This document shows, piece after piece, positions 13,784-24,632 of a stretch of DNA of 64,000 bases (position 1 is its first letter; each line of letters opens with the position of its first letter). This DNA is from Octopus vulgaris (lineage: Eukaryota): contig OX597817.1 of the NCBI GenBank assembly GCA_951406725.2, forward strand, positions 152,768,001 to 152,832,000, in the 5' to 3' direction. The notes below the pieces were generated by a model. That model saw only the letters and a program-made list of their open reading frames with translations, searched no databases and was not told where the DNA came from. The position numbers and the translations under genes were made by a program.

Positions 13784-13871
13784 AATATATATTTATATAT
13801 TTTATCAATTTCTCATTTTATTAAAATTTTCTTTCATTTGAGCATTCTGCATTTTTAAAAATTTTTTTCCT

Positions 13872-13924
<53 letters not shown>

Positions 13925-13927
<3 letters not shown>

Positions 13928-15184
13928 GGGTTGGACAAAATAATGGAAACACCTTAAAATTTCAAACAAATTAATTTTAATATGGAGTAAGACCGCCTTT
14001 GGTAGTAATTACAACTTGAATTCTACGAGGTATGGAGTCGTACAAAGTTTGATATGTTTGAAAGGAATTTTTGTCCATTCTTCAGCTAAAACAGTTTCCA
14101 GTTCTTGTAGTGATGATGGTGCAGGATATTGATTTCTTACTTGTTTTTATAAAATGCACCATAAATGTTCAATAATATTGAGATCTGGCCAGATTAAATG
14201 TTCAAATTTACTAGAATGTTCCTCGTGCCATTCAGTAACAACTTTAGCTGTGTGAATTGGTTCATTATCATCCTGAAAGATTGCGTTTCCCTCCGGAAAC
14301 ATTTCCGCAACCATAGGATGAATTTGATTAGATAAAATACTTAAATAGTCTTGACTATTAATTGTGCCATGAAGGGAAAACCATTGGACCGGTGGATTTC
14401 CATGATACAGACCCCCAGATCATCACGGATCCTCCTCCATATTTAGCAGTTGGAAGAAGGGAGTCTGGGTCAAGTGCTTCTTTTGGCTGTCTCCACACGT
14501 ATATTCAGCCGGTGTTCGGAAATAATGTAAAGGATGACTCGTCCGAGAAAATAACATTCTCCCACTGCTCTAGGGACCAATTATGTAGATTTTTACTCCA
14601 CACTAAATACTTTGCAACATTTGTTTTTGAAAGTAGTGGTTCTTTGATTGCAGTCTGCCCGTGAAATCCGGCTCTGTGCAGCTCCCGGAGAAGAGTTTTT
14701 ATGGAAATTGGGTTCTCGAGGTAGTCATTAAGCTCTGCAGTAATTTTGGGAGCTGTACTTTCGTTATCTTTTCTAACAATTCACGTAAGAGTCCGACGGT
14801 CCCTATCTGAATGTTTTGGTTTTCTTTCGGAGTTTTGTTTCGACGAGGGGGTTTTACCCTCTTTATCAAAGGCTGTCATTACTTTCGAGACTGCACTTCT
14901 TGATACACCAAACACTTCGGCTGTTTACGTTACACTGACGCCTGCCATACGAGTACCAACAATTTGACCTCTTTGAAAGCCGGATAGATCTGTTATTTTA
15001 ATGAATTTTAATTACCTTTTTCTGATGATATCTGAAAAGAAACAGCAATTTTAGCAAAACATATTAAGCAACATAATAATACATCAAAACGACAAAAAAT
15101 AAACAAGATTTTGACTGTTTTATAGATATTTCAAAATTATGATACTATGATACTAGTTGTTTCCATTATTTTGTCCAACCCCTG
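13925..15184 (-). mobile_element. Tc1-like DNA transposon, full length and decayed
   Basis: TIR caggggttggacaaaataatggaaac at both ends, TA TSD; minus-strand transposase remnants VIFSDES, GGGSVMIWG, FQDDNEPIHTA, DLNIIEHLW (DD34E type) with stops. Confidence 0.95.
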
Positions 15185-15196
15185 TATACATATACA

Positions 15197-15443
15197 CTTT
15201 ATTAATAAAGCTACAAAAACTGTTATTCAGAGTTTCACGTTCCCGCTCGTCGGAGAGTTTGGGTTGAAAATTTCAATCAAAACTGGATTCTCAACCAAAA
15301 CTGTCCGACGAACGGGAACGTGAAACTCTGAGTAACAGTGTTTTTGTGATGCTTTTCCAGCTTTACTAATAAAGCATATTACTCTATCTCCAGTATTCGA
15401 GTACTATTCGAGTACTTTGTTTCACATTTATATGATTACTCTG

Positions 15444-15447
<4 letters not shown>
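15197..15447 (+). mobile_element. Short fold-back PLE-type element with hammerhead
   Basis: Inverted arms at about 15197-15268 and 15291-15375; 3' extension runs into (TA)n. Confidence 0.75.
15300..15339 (+). ncRNA. Minimal hammerhead-like motif, U4C variant
   Basis: actgt-CCGACGA-acg ggaa cgt-GAAA-ctc t gag-TA-acagt; the inverted copy at 15219-15258 also has CCGACGA. Confidence 0.65.
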
Positions 15448-15492
<45 letters not shown>

Positions 15493-15494
<2 letters not shown>

Positions 15495-15558
15495 ATAGAT
15501 AGATAGATAGATAGATAGATAAACATATATTCTGTATATTTATTTTCCAACACCCCTA

Positions 15559-15598
<40 letters not shown>

Positions 15599-15634
15599 TA
15601 GGGGTGTTGGAAAATAAATATACAGAATATATGT

Positions 15635-15664
<30 letters not shown>
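15493..15664. repeat. Perfect palindrome centred on (TA)n
   Basis: 42-bp unique arms at 15521-15562 and 15595-15636, flanked by (GATA)n and (TATC)n. Confidence 0.9.
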
Positions 15665-15708
<44 letters not shown>

Positions 15709-16994
15709 GTCTGTCTGTCTGTCTGTCTGTCTCTATTTATACATATACATAGATATTGATAGCTACCCTGACTCATGTATGGTTAGCTTGTCTAATAAAT
15801 AAAACATAGCGTCGTACTACACTTTGTACACACTATATACATCCCACAAATGCGTTTGTAATATCTTTCTGCAATATCAACACACACACACACACACACA
15901 CACGCACATATTGACAGGCACGTACATGTACTCACACACACACACACACGGACTGCAGTGCTTGTTGCAACAATAATGCACACAGGCACACTCACGGATG
16001 TTCTTCACTGCAACGTTAATATAAGCATACAAACATATGATACACGCCGACACACATACACACACACACTGCATGGCGTACCTCATTACAACATTAATAC
16101 ACAGACACACATACACACATGGTTTACACATACACGCACATACAGAATGATACCATCCTGCTATAACATTAACACACCCATCCACATTACTGTACATTAA
16201 CACCATCAGCAATCAGTGCATATATCGATTTGCACAGGTGACCTACTTTGCTTCAATTTCCTCTCAAACAACATACTGTCCCTTTTACTTCATGTGTCTA
16301 CTTAAATTGTCTCTCAAAAAACATAGTGTTTTTTTTTTATATATAAAATGTCTGCCTAAGTTGTCTCTTAATCTATACAATGACCCTTTTACATCATATC
16401 TCTAACTAAAATATCGCTCAAACAACATACTATCTTTTCTACCTTTAAACTGTTTACTTAAATTATCTCTTAAATAGCTCGGCTGTCTTTTTTATCTCAA
16501 CTGTCTACTTTGCTTCTGAAACAATAGACTGTCCCTTTTGCTTCAAACATCTACTTAAACTGTCCCTCAAAGTCTCCTTTTTTCCGCAAATACCTACCCT
16601 GTTTTTTTACAGACAACTTATCTCTTAAACGACATGGTGTCCCCACTCAGTTTATGTTTCCTCCTAAATTGCCTTGCAAACAAAGCAATGCTTCTTTTAT
16701 TTCATCTACCTTGCCTCTCAAACAAAAGTGAGGTTTTTGCTTCCTTAATTGTATACCTAAATGATCTCAAAAGCAACACAGTGTCTCTGTTTCCTCAAAT
16801 GTCTACTTGAATTATCTCGTAAACAACAGTGTCCTCTTCACCTCAACTGTTTGACTGAATTATTTCTCCAGCAACTGTATCTCTTTTGTTTCGACTGTCG
16901 ATTTGAATTGTTTGAAAATAGAAAAAAAAAGTACAATTTCCATTTTGTCCAAATGTCTAACAAAATCGCCTTTCAAGCAAAACAATATCTCAGC

Positions 16995-17301
16995 TGCAGC
17001 GTGGAAGGTGTTTGTAAGCCATTTAAGAAACACACAAAAGCCGTTCGATTCACTTCAGCATTTAAGTTTAATTTGTCAAAATATTTTCGTCGCTTTAAGA
17101 CCGCGACCTGTTCACTGACAAAAATCCGTGCTGTCTTAAAGCGACGAAAATATTTTGACAAATTAAACTTAAATGTTGAAGTGAATCGAACGGCTTTTGT
17201 GTGTTTCTTAAATGGCTTACAAACACCTTCCACGCTGCAATTGTTTTCGTTTCAGTACACGATCTCACATCAAATCACTTGCTATGCAAGTACATCTCCG
17301 T
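16995..17301. mobile_element. Fold-back PLE-type element with hammerhead
   Basis: 107-bp arms at 16995-17101 and 17133-17239, then a 3' extension; flanking aatatctca repeat at 16984 and 17302; second family copy at 51059-51201. Confidence 0.8.
17072..17122 (-). ncRNA. Minimal hammerhead-like motif, G3:C8 variant
   Basis: Minus strand: tttgtca-GTGAACA-g-gtcgc ggtcttaaa gcgac-GAAA-atat-TT-tgacaaa (7-bp helix I, 5-bp helix II). Confidence 0.7.
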
Positions 17302-17544
17302 AATATCTCAACTGTCTGCTTAAACTGTCTCACAAAAAATAGTCTCCTTTCCTCAACTGTCTTTGAAGCTGTACAGTGTTTCTCTTTCTGTTATTTACGT
17401 AAATTAGTTCTCCCTCGAACAAAATGGTGTATTTTTCAACACCGACTGCCTTCGTACAATTCTCTCTTTCTTTTCGAGCCTTCGGACTCATAAAGTCGGT
17501 TACCCAGTCTTCATGGTATATACAAGTGATCTATATCATGACGC

Positions 17545-17745
17545 GTTCGAGGCCAGCAATTTTGAAGGGATGGAACAAATCTAATACAACGACCCAGTAC
17601 TTGATTGATACTTTATTTTATCGATTATAGATGAATGAAAGGCAAAGTTGACCTTGGAGGGGTTTGAACTCAGAACTTAAAAATTCAAAAGAAATGCTGT
17701 ATGGCATTTTGTCCGACTCGCTGACGATTCTACCAGCTCATTGCT
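17545..17745 (-). mobile_element. SINE family B, diverged
   Basis: atgaaaggcaaagttgacc...tttgaactcagaac. Confidence 0.75.
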
Positions 17746-17915
17746 TTCCTAGTGCAGTTGTCAAATCCAAATTGTCACGAGTTAACAAGGAGGCCTTTAC
17801 TTAGTTGAACGATTTGGTTGATATAGCAGCCAAATCTCTCTTAAATAACACTTTCCTGTCTAAGAACTATCTAAAAACAGGCACATTGATAATTTGTCCA
17901 ATTTATACGGAGAAT

Positions 17916-17953
<38 letters not shown>

Positions 17954-18178
17954 GTGTGTGAGTGTATGTGTGCGTATATGTGTTCGTCCTTGTGGTTGTA
18001 TTCGTCCTTCCACGCTGTTGTGGACATATGTGTATGTGTGTATATGCAGATGTATATATGTATGTATGTAGGTATGTATGTATGATATGTATGTATGTAT
18101 GCATGTATGTATGTATGTATGTATGTATGTATGTATGTATGTATGCATGTATGTATGTATCTATCTATTTATATATAT

Positions 18179-18446
18179 ATGTGAAGTATATTTACCACCT
18201 AAATGTAGCTAACCACTGAAGGTGGATGTTACTGTAGCTTGTAGCCCCAGGAGAACATCTTCCCCAGCTGGCTGTTGACACACTTTCTGTGCCCTATCGG
18301 GTGTGTCAATACCCAGGTGGAGAAGATGTTCTCCTGGGGCTACAAGCTACAGTAACATCTACCCTTAGTGGTTAGCCACATTTAGATGGCAAATATACTT
18401 CACATTGTCGTGCAGTTACTGCTTATACCTCGTTCAGAGATTTATC
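18179..18446. mobile_element. Fold-back element without a hammerhead, PLE-like architecture
   Basis: Arms at about 18179-18282 and 18301-18404; one-sided extension to (TA)n. Confidence 0.7.
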
Positions 18447-18481
<35 letters not shown>

Positions 18482-18679
18482 TGTATGTATGTATGTATGT
18501 ATGTATGTATGTATGTATGAATGTATGTATGTATGTGTGTGTGTGTAGGAGTTCCACAAAATAATGAAAATAACACTTTATATTTAATAATTTTTTCTAT
18601 TGGCAATATTACAAAATTAAAACTGTTCAAGTCTATATATATCTAGAATTATGTATTACATATGCTTCGTAATTCATTA

Positions 18680-19139
18680 GCCGTATGAAAGATGGCAGAA
18701 TCCCCAAGGACATACTCTACGGAGAGCTTACTAGGGGCACTAGGTCTGTGGGTAGACCGATCTTACGTTACAAGGATGTTTGCAAAAGGGACATGAAGGC
18801 CTGCAACATCAATATTAGCGGTTGGGAGGCAGTTGCCGGCAACCGTGGAGAATGGCGACGTACCGTAAAAGAGGGAATACAAAGGAGTGACAGAGAGAGA
18901 GAGAGAGAAATGGAAAGAAAGGAAGAGACGTAAACAAGAGACTATGGCACTACAACCAGCCAGGAACAGTCTTCGCTACATTTGCGGTACCTGCCAGAGG
19001 GAGTGTTTGTCCAGGATAGGACTACACGGCCACAGCAGGAAATGTATCAGGACATGAAATATAAAAGCCGGACTAGACTACTTCATGCGCAACTCCATTG
19101 TCTCCCGAGACAGAAAGGATGCCAATACAATACAATACA
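18680..19139 (+). mobile_element. RTE-clade LINE, 5'-truncated
   Basis: RMKDGRIPKDILYGEL...GRPILRYKD...W, then C-terminal CGTC...SRIGLHGH zinc finger; (caata)n tail; 20-bp TSD atatgcttcgtaattcatta at 18660-18679 and 19140-19159. Confidence 0.93.
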
Positions 19140-19485
19140 ATATGCTTCGTAATTCATTATATAATACCCTGTTTTTCATTTTTGCGTATAGTTATTTATA
19201 TTTGAACTAGTTAAAGTATGTGTGCTAAGTTCCAAAGAGGAAAAATTGCCAGAGCGCGGATGGCTAGAGCTTCAGTCATTATAACTACTGAACTGTTTAA
19301 TATTTCAGGGGGTGCAGTCTTTAAATTCATGTTGGTGTTTCAAAACGAAAGTAACACCAAACTCGGGCTAGGATAATTCTGAATGGAAAGCAAAGTTCAG
19401 AGATGGACCGCAGAATAGTGAAACATATTGTGTTTAAAGACCATAGGTAGCAAAAGTCACAGTAGAGCTAAACTGCTACCTTACA

Positions 19486-19696
19486 CTTTTACTCTTTTAC
19501 TTGTTTCACTCATTTGACTGTGGCCATGCTGGAGCACCGCCTTTAGTCGAGCAAATCGCCCCCAGGACTTATTCTTTGTAAGCCTAGTACTTATTACATC
19601 GGTCTATTTTGCCAAACCGCTAAGTTACGGAGACATAAACACAGCAGCATCGGTTGTCAAGCGATGTTAGGGGAACAAACACAGACACACACACAC

Positions 19697-19758
<62 letters not shown>

Positions 19759-19919
19759 GACGGGCTTCTTTCAGTTTCCGTCTACAAAATCCACTCACAA
19801 TGCTTTGGTCGGCCCGAGGCTATAGTAGAAGACACTTGACAAGTTGCCACGCAGGGGGACTGAACCCAGAACCATGTGGTTCGTAAGCAAGCTACTTACC
19901 ACACAGCCACTCCTACGCC
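19486..19919 (-). mobile_element. SINE family A, full length
   Basis: Reverse complement of the 6394 copy; internal (CA)n. Confidence 0.92.
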
Positions 19920-20099
19920 TTGTAAACTAAATCCGATCGTCGCCCGATCTATAAAGCTAGATACCATGGGAAGGATGTAATTGCTAAACCTAAACCTCTT
20001 GTGTCCTCCATCAACACTGATAAGCGGGAAAATGATGTCTGGACTATTATAAGCGATTAGTAGCTCAATTGACCAATATCATAATTTCCCCGAGGTATC

Positions 20100-20987
20100 A
20101 TATTTCACCCTTTTCCCCCACTTCGGGTCGAGTTTGTATCTGGAAATAGCCCAATGAAGCGTTCAATCCTTACTCTCTGGCCTCTACTGTGAAACATATA
20201 AGTAAATCTGTAATGATTTGGGTGGCCATATCACAGAATTCTCTTGGACTTTCAGATATTCTACAAGACAGGGCAAAGGTTAACGATTATCTGAATATTT
20301 TGGTTGACCCTATGGTGCAAGCGTTATTTCCTAGTGGTGTCGCAGTATTTCAAGGCAATAATGCACCGTTTCACACTGCTAATACATAAAATTGGTTCAA
20401 AAGGCACAAAACTGAAATAGGCACACGCGTGGTTATGTGGTAAGAAGCTTGCTTTCCAATGACATGGTTTCGGGTTCAGGCTCACTGCGTTGCACCTTCG
20501 GCAAGCTTCTTTTACTTTTTTCTGTCGTTTCGATTGCAGCCATACTGGGGCATAACCTTGAACGGTTTTAGTCGAACAAATCGACCTCCAGGACTTATTT
20601 TTTTTTGAAATCTAGTATCTATTCTATCTTGTCTCTTTTGCCGAACCGTTAAGAGACATAAACACACCGACACCGGTTGTCAAGCAGTGGTGGTGGAAGA
20701 AGCATAGACACAAAGACACACACATAAACACAGGCACGCACACATACACGCACATAACATGTATACATATGACGGGATTCTTTCAGTTTCCGTCTACCAA
20801 ATCCACTCACAAGGCTTTGGTCGGCCCGAGGCTTTAGTTGAAGACAAATGTCCAAAGTACCCTTCAAGGGGATTGAATCTGGAACCGTGTGGTTGGAAAG
20901 CAAACTCCTTACTACACAGCCACGCCTGCATCTAAATAATAAATCTTCCATTTTGACTAGGTGTTTCCATTATTTTGCCTAACCCTC
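20100..20987 (+). mobile_element. Tc1-like relic interrupted by SINEs
   Basis: SVMIWVAIS...FQGNNAPFHTA peptide; TIR-like gtttccattattttgcctaaccc at about 20963-20985, related to the 13925 element. Confidence 0.75.
20515..20927 (-). mobile_element. SINE family A, facing a + strand head fragment at 20420-20510
   Basis: tttcagtttccgtctaccaaatccactcacaagg. Confidence 0.85.
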
Positions 20988-21034
20988 AATACACACGCTC
21001 GCAAATTGACAACATACATACATACATACATTCC

Positions 21035-21178
21035 TTTCACGAAATAAGGAGTTGATAGACAGCCGATAACTGATGAAGGGTCCTTTTTCTGTGTTAACTT
21101 GTCCTGTCTTTCACTTTTTCTCGTTGTTTACGTATTTCATGTTATTTGCACCGTTGGTGACGTCCTGTACCCGTATAT
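21035..21178 (+). repeat. Dispersed repeat, probable PLE terminal-repeat remnant
   Basis: Homologous to 52150-52285; ends in a TA-rich microsatellite. Confidence 0.6.
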
Positions 21179-21379
21179 GTATACATACATACATATATAT
21201 ATATATATAGGTTATGAGAGGTAATGGTGTCAATAAGACCCAAAGGTGTCTGGTAATGCTTAGTATATATATATATATATAAATGCACTGTATCAGGTAA
21301 AATACCTGATACAGAGAACACTGCTTTTTCGAGTTGACGACCCACTAAGGAGGGCCCTAAAAAGGTCACCAAGAACGAA

Positions 21380-22600
21380 AATACCCGAGTTCATGGAGAT
21401 GGAGAAATTGAAAAAGAAAGAAACACAAAAGAAGGAAATTTCCACAAAAGAAAGCAACCCCAACACTACCTCCCAAAACAGTAGGAAAGATAAAGGAACT
21501 GTGAAGCCTGTTAAAAGAGAGGCCAGTATAAAAATATCTTCAAGAAAAGAAACAAAAAAGGAGAAAAATAAAAATAGAATCCAGACGTTACGTGAAGGGC
21601 ATATTATTTGTAAATTTTATATAAAAGGTATGTTGGCATGGTGCAATGGGGACGAACTGCCGCTTTGCACATCCAAAGCTTAGGTAGAACGGTACACATG
21701 ACAAAATGCATCTGTAACAAGATTGGAAAAAACCATGTTCGGAGGAACTCTTACTACACTACAGGCCTGCAACAAAGGCCAAAAAACTGCGTGCGGATGT
21801 AGTACGAACTGCAACCATAGAGCAACAAAATTTTTAAAGTGTGACATAGACGATGATGCAGCAGCTGGTGTGGTTGGAAACACAACTAAGCCATATCCAC
21901 CCACATACAAGACCGCCACAAATAACAGATCCAGGATGGCCACCATTACCGCAAAGCAGGCAATCATACCAATTCTTTTAATAAATATTAGAGGGCTCCT
22001 ACAAAGCAACAGCAATCAAGCGAATATACATTGCATTTACAGAGACATATCTCTCTGCAGATATAAATGGCGCAGAGATACGCATACCAAAATGTGATAG
22101 GTTCCGTGCAGATAGAAGAGAAAGAAGTTACGGTGGAGTTGCATTGTACATCCGTGAAGATGTCACATCACAGTGCATTTAAGCCAACTTGTTGATGTCG
22201 TAATATGCACACTGTATCGCCCACCTTATGCCTCAGATCATAATAGCAAATTTGATCGAAGAAGTACTAACAAAATTGCATCAAAGTGTTTGTATACATC
22301 TGATGAATGACTTCAACTTCTCCAGCCTCAAATGGCCTGAAGGCCACACACTTTCAAGAATGACATGCAAAGAGCGTAACCAAGAAGAATCCCTACTTGA
22401 CCTCATAAAAATGCTGTTCATGGAGCAAGCAATACTCTCCCCAACCAACAATATTTCACCAACAATGTAGGTCTTATCCACAACATGAAGATACCACCGA
22501 CAATCTTCTCAGACTGCAACATGGTAGAACTGACGATGTATGGTCCGAAACCAATTACTGATGCGGCTCAAGAATTGAGACGTGCAGTCTTGATTAGGCT
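21380..22600 (+). pseudogene. CR1/L2-like LINE relic: ORF1 CCCH-type zinc finger plus APE endonuclease
   Basis: ICKFYIKG..CRFAHPK in ORF1; INIRGL, GGVALYI, YRPP, DFNF and SD motifs of the APE domain across frameshifts. Confidence 0.75.
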
Positions 22601-22604
22601 GGTT

Positions 22605-22722
<118 letters not shown>

Positions 22723-22929
22723 ACGCACACACGCAAATACACACATACGTACCAGCTTGTGCAGGTGTGTAGATGTGTGAAGATATGGAATTACAAACGC
22801 AAGTGTTAATTTCGCTTCTGTTCTATGCAATCTCACCTGCAACGGTCTACAAACAACAATAACACTTACAACAACAACAACAACAACAACGTCATCTACA
22901 ACAACGCAGGTACTCTCGAGTGACATGCT

Positions 22930-23460
22930 ACTGATGGTGGTGTAGGTGGTGCTATAGGTGATATTGCCGGTGTTGATGGTGATGATTGTGTTGGCGATAT
23001 CGGTGGTGTTGGTTGTGTTGGTGGCGTTGTGGCTTGTGTCGTTGGTAATAGTTTCAGAAGGGGTGAAGATGGTGATAGTAGCGTCGTTAAGAATATTGAT
23101 GGTGGTGATGCTTGTGTTGATAATCGTTTCGGCGTTATTGGTGTTTATTATAATGATGTTGTGGTGGCTTACGTTGTTCTGTCAGTGGTGTTAGATACAG
23201 GCGACGTTGGTGGTTACTGATGGTATTAGTGTTGCTGTCGTCGTCATTGATGGGACTGGTTTCTGTTGTGTTTTGTTGTGACGATGGTGTTGATGATAAT
23301 GGCGGCCATAAGGTGTTGATGTTAATTACGTTGCTTGTATGAAGGGTGTTGGTGATGGTTAAATCTGATGGCGGTTGTGTGAAAGGTAGAAGGGAGGTGG
23401 GTGGTAAATGTGGTCGTAGTGGTGGCGGCGGCGGTGGTGTTGTCGGTGGCGATACAATTG
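22930..23460. repeat. Degenerate (TGN)n trinucleotide tract
   Basis: ggt/gtt/gat periodicity. Confidence 0.8.
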
Positions 23461-24204
23461 TTGGCGTGAAGTTGTATATAAATCAAATTAATATTATACT
23501 AATCAGGAAGCGAGAGTGATTGAAATGATTGACTTTGCGTTGGCGGATGTGATTGACTGGTCACATCAAGCCTTTATAATTTGTCCTGATAGTGTCTTCG
23601 ATCTGTCACCTTTCTGATAAAATAATAATAGCAACAACAACGACGATGACGACGACGACGACGACGAAGAGGACGACGATTACGACGACAGCAACAACAA
23701 AAGCTGTTAATCTTCTCCGTTCTATATTTGGTGATGTTATCGTCGTAGTCAGAGAAACCTAAGCTGCAGCGTCGTTAGTTTTTGTTTCAAGAACTGCAAA
23801 AACGCACTGAGTCTCAGAAGAGACGTCGGCGAAACACTGGCCTTTTTTTTTTCTCCCCCCCCCTTTCGTTTTCTCTTTCTCCCATTTCTCTGAATCGAAT
23901 ACCATTATTTTCTCAAAAAGAATTTTTTTTTTCTTTAAAAACCAAAAAAAAAAAAAAAAAAAAAAATGAAGTTTCATTTGCTAACAAATGATTTCCCCGG
24001 GCAGAGAAGTCACACAAAAGAGACAACCTCGCCAACATGTAGCGTTTCAGCTTTTCTATACGATCGTCAACAAAATTCAATGAAACAAACTCCCATTCGA
24101 ACTAAGAAGCGATGTTTGTTTTTGGAAACTTACTGATCTGACATCCAACTTTCCCCCCGGAGACAACAGCAATAGTAACAACAACTGTAGCAACAACAAT
24201 AGTT

Positions 24205-24410
24205 TCTAATTTAGGCACAAGGCCAGCCATCTCGAGGGCAGTGACTGAGTCGATGTCTTCTACCCCAGGACTTAGTTGCTACCTTATTTTATCAATCTCG
24301 AAATGAAGACAGGCAAAGTTGTCATCGGTGGGATTTGAAAGTAGAAATTAAATAACCGGATCAAATACCTGTCGCAGGGCATTTGGTTCGATGCTCTAAC
24401 GATCCTGCCT
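24205..24410 (-). mobile_element. SINE family B, diverged
   Basis: aggcacaaggccagc...aggcaaagttgtcatcgg...tttgaa. Confidence 0.65.
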
Positions 24411-24524
24411 ATCCATGACCAGCGTAACAACAACAACAATAGCAATAATCTAGAAGAACATAAAATCTGAAGAAAATTCCGACAACAACAACAACAACAA
24501 TAATAATAATAATAATAATGATGG

Positions 24525-24632
24525 ATTCTCTCAACGTGAAATGAAGTGTTTTGCACAAGAGCACAACACAGAACCCAGTCCAGAAATTGAAACCACGATC
24601 TCCCGATCGTGAGGGCAACACCCTATCCACAA
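24525..24632 (-). mobile_element. SINE family D head
   Basis: Minus strand gtggtttcaatttctggact...ctcttgtgcaaaacacttcatttcacgttg; related to 45664. Confidence 0.6.

Larger units (their letters stand above)
11623..13875 (-). mobile_element. Penelope-like element (C-terminal GIY-YIG, Neptune-like) with inverted 5' terminal repeat
   Basis: About 952-bp near-identical inverted arms at 11670-12621 and 12924-13875; RT-thumb and GIY-YIG C-terminal peptides; 47-bp extra tail at 11623-11669; (TA)n on both sides. Confidence 0.92.
16220..17460. repeat. Degenerate minisatellite, unit about 45-50 bp
   Basis: Recurrent cttaaattgtctctcaaacaacatactgtcccttttac...aactgtcta; interrupted at 16995-17301. Confidence 0.7.

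Noticed and set aside
18179-18404. Hairpin, pistol, twister or HDV ribozyme assignment for the 18-kb and 62-kb elements
   Set aside because: Only fragmentary resemblance; the required conserved loops and pseudoknots could not be assembled.
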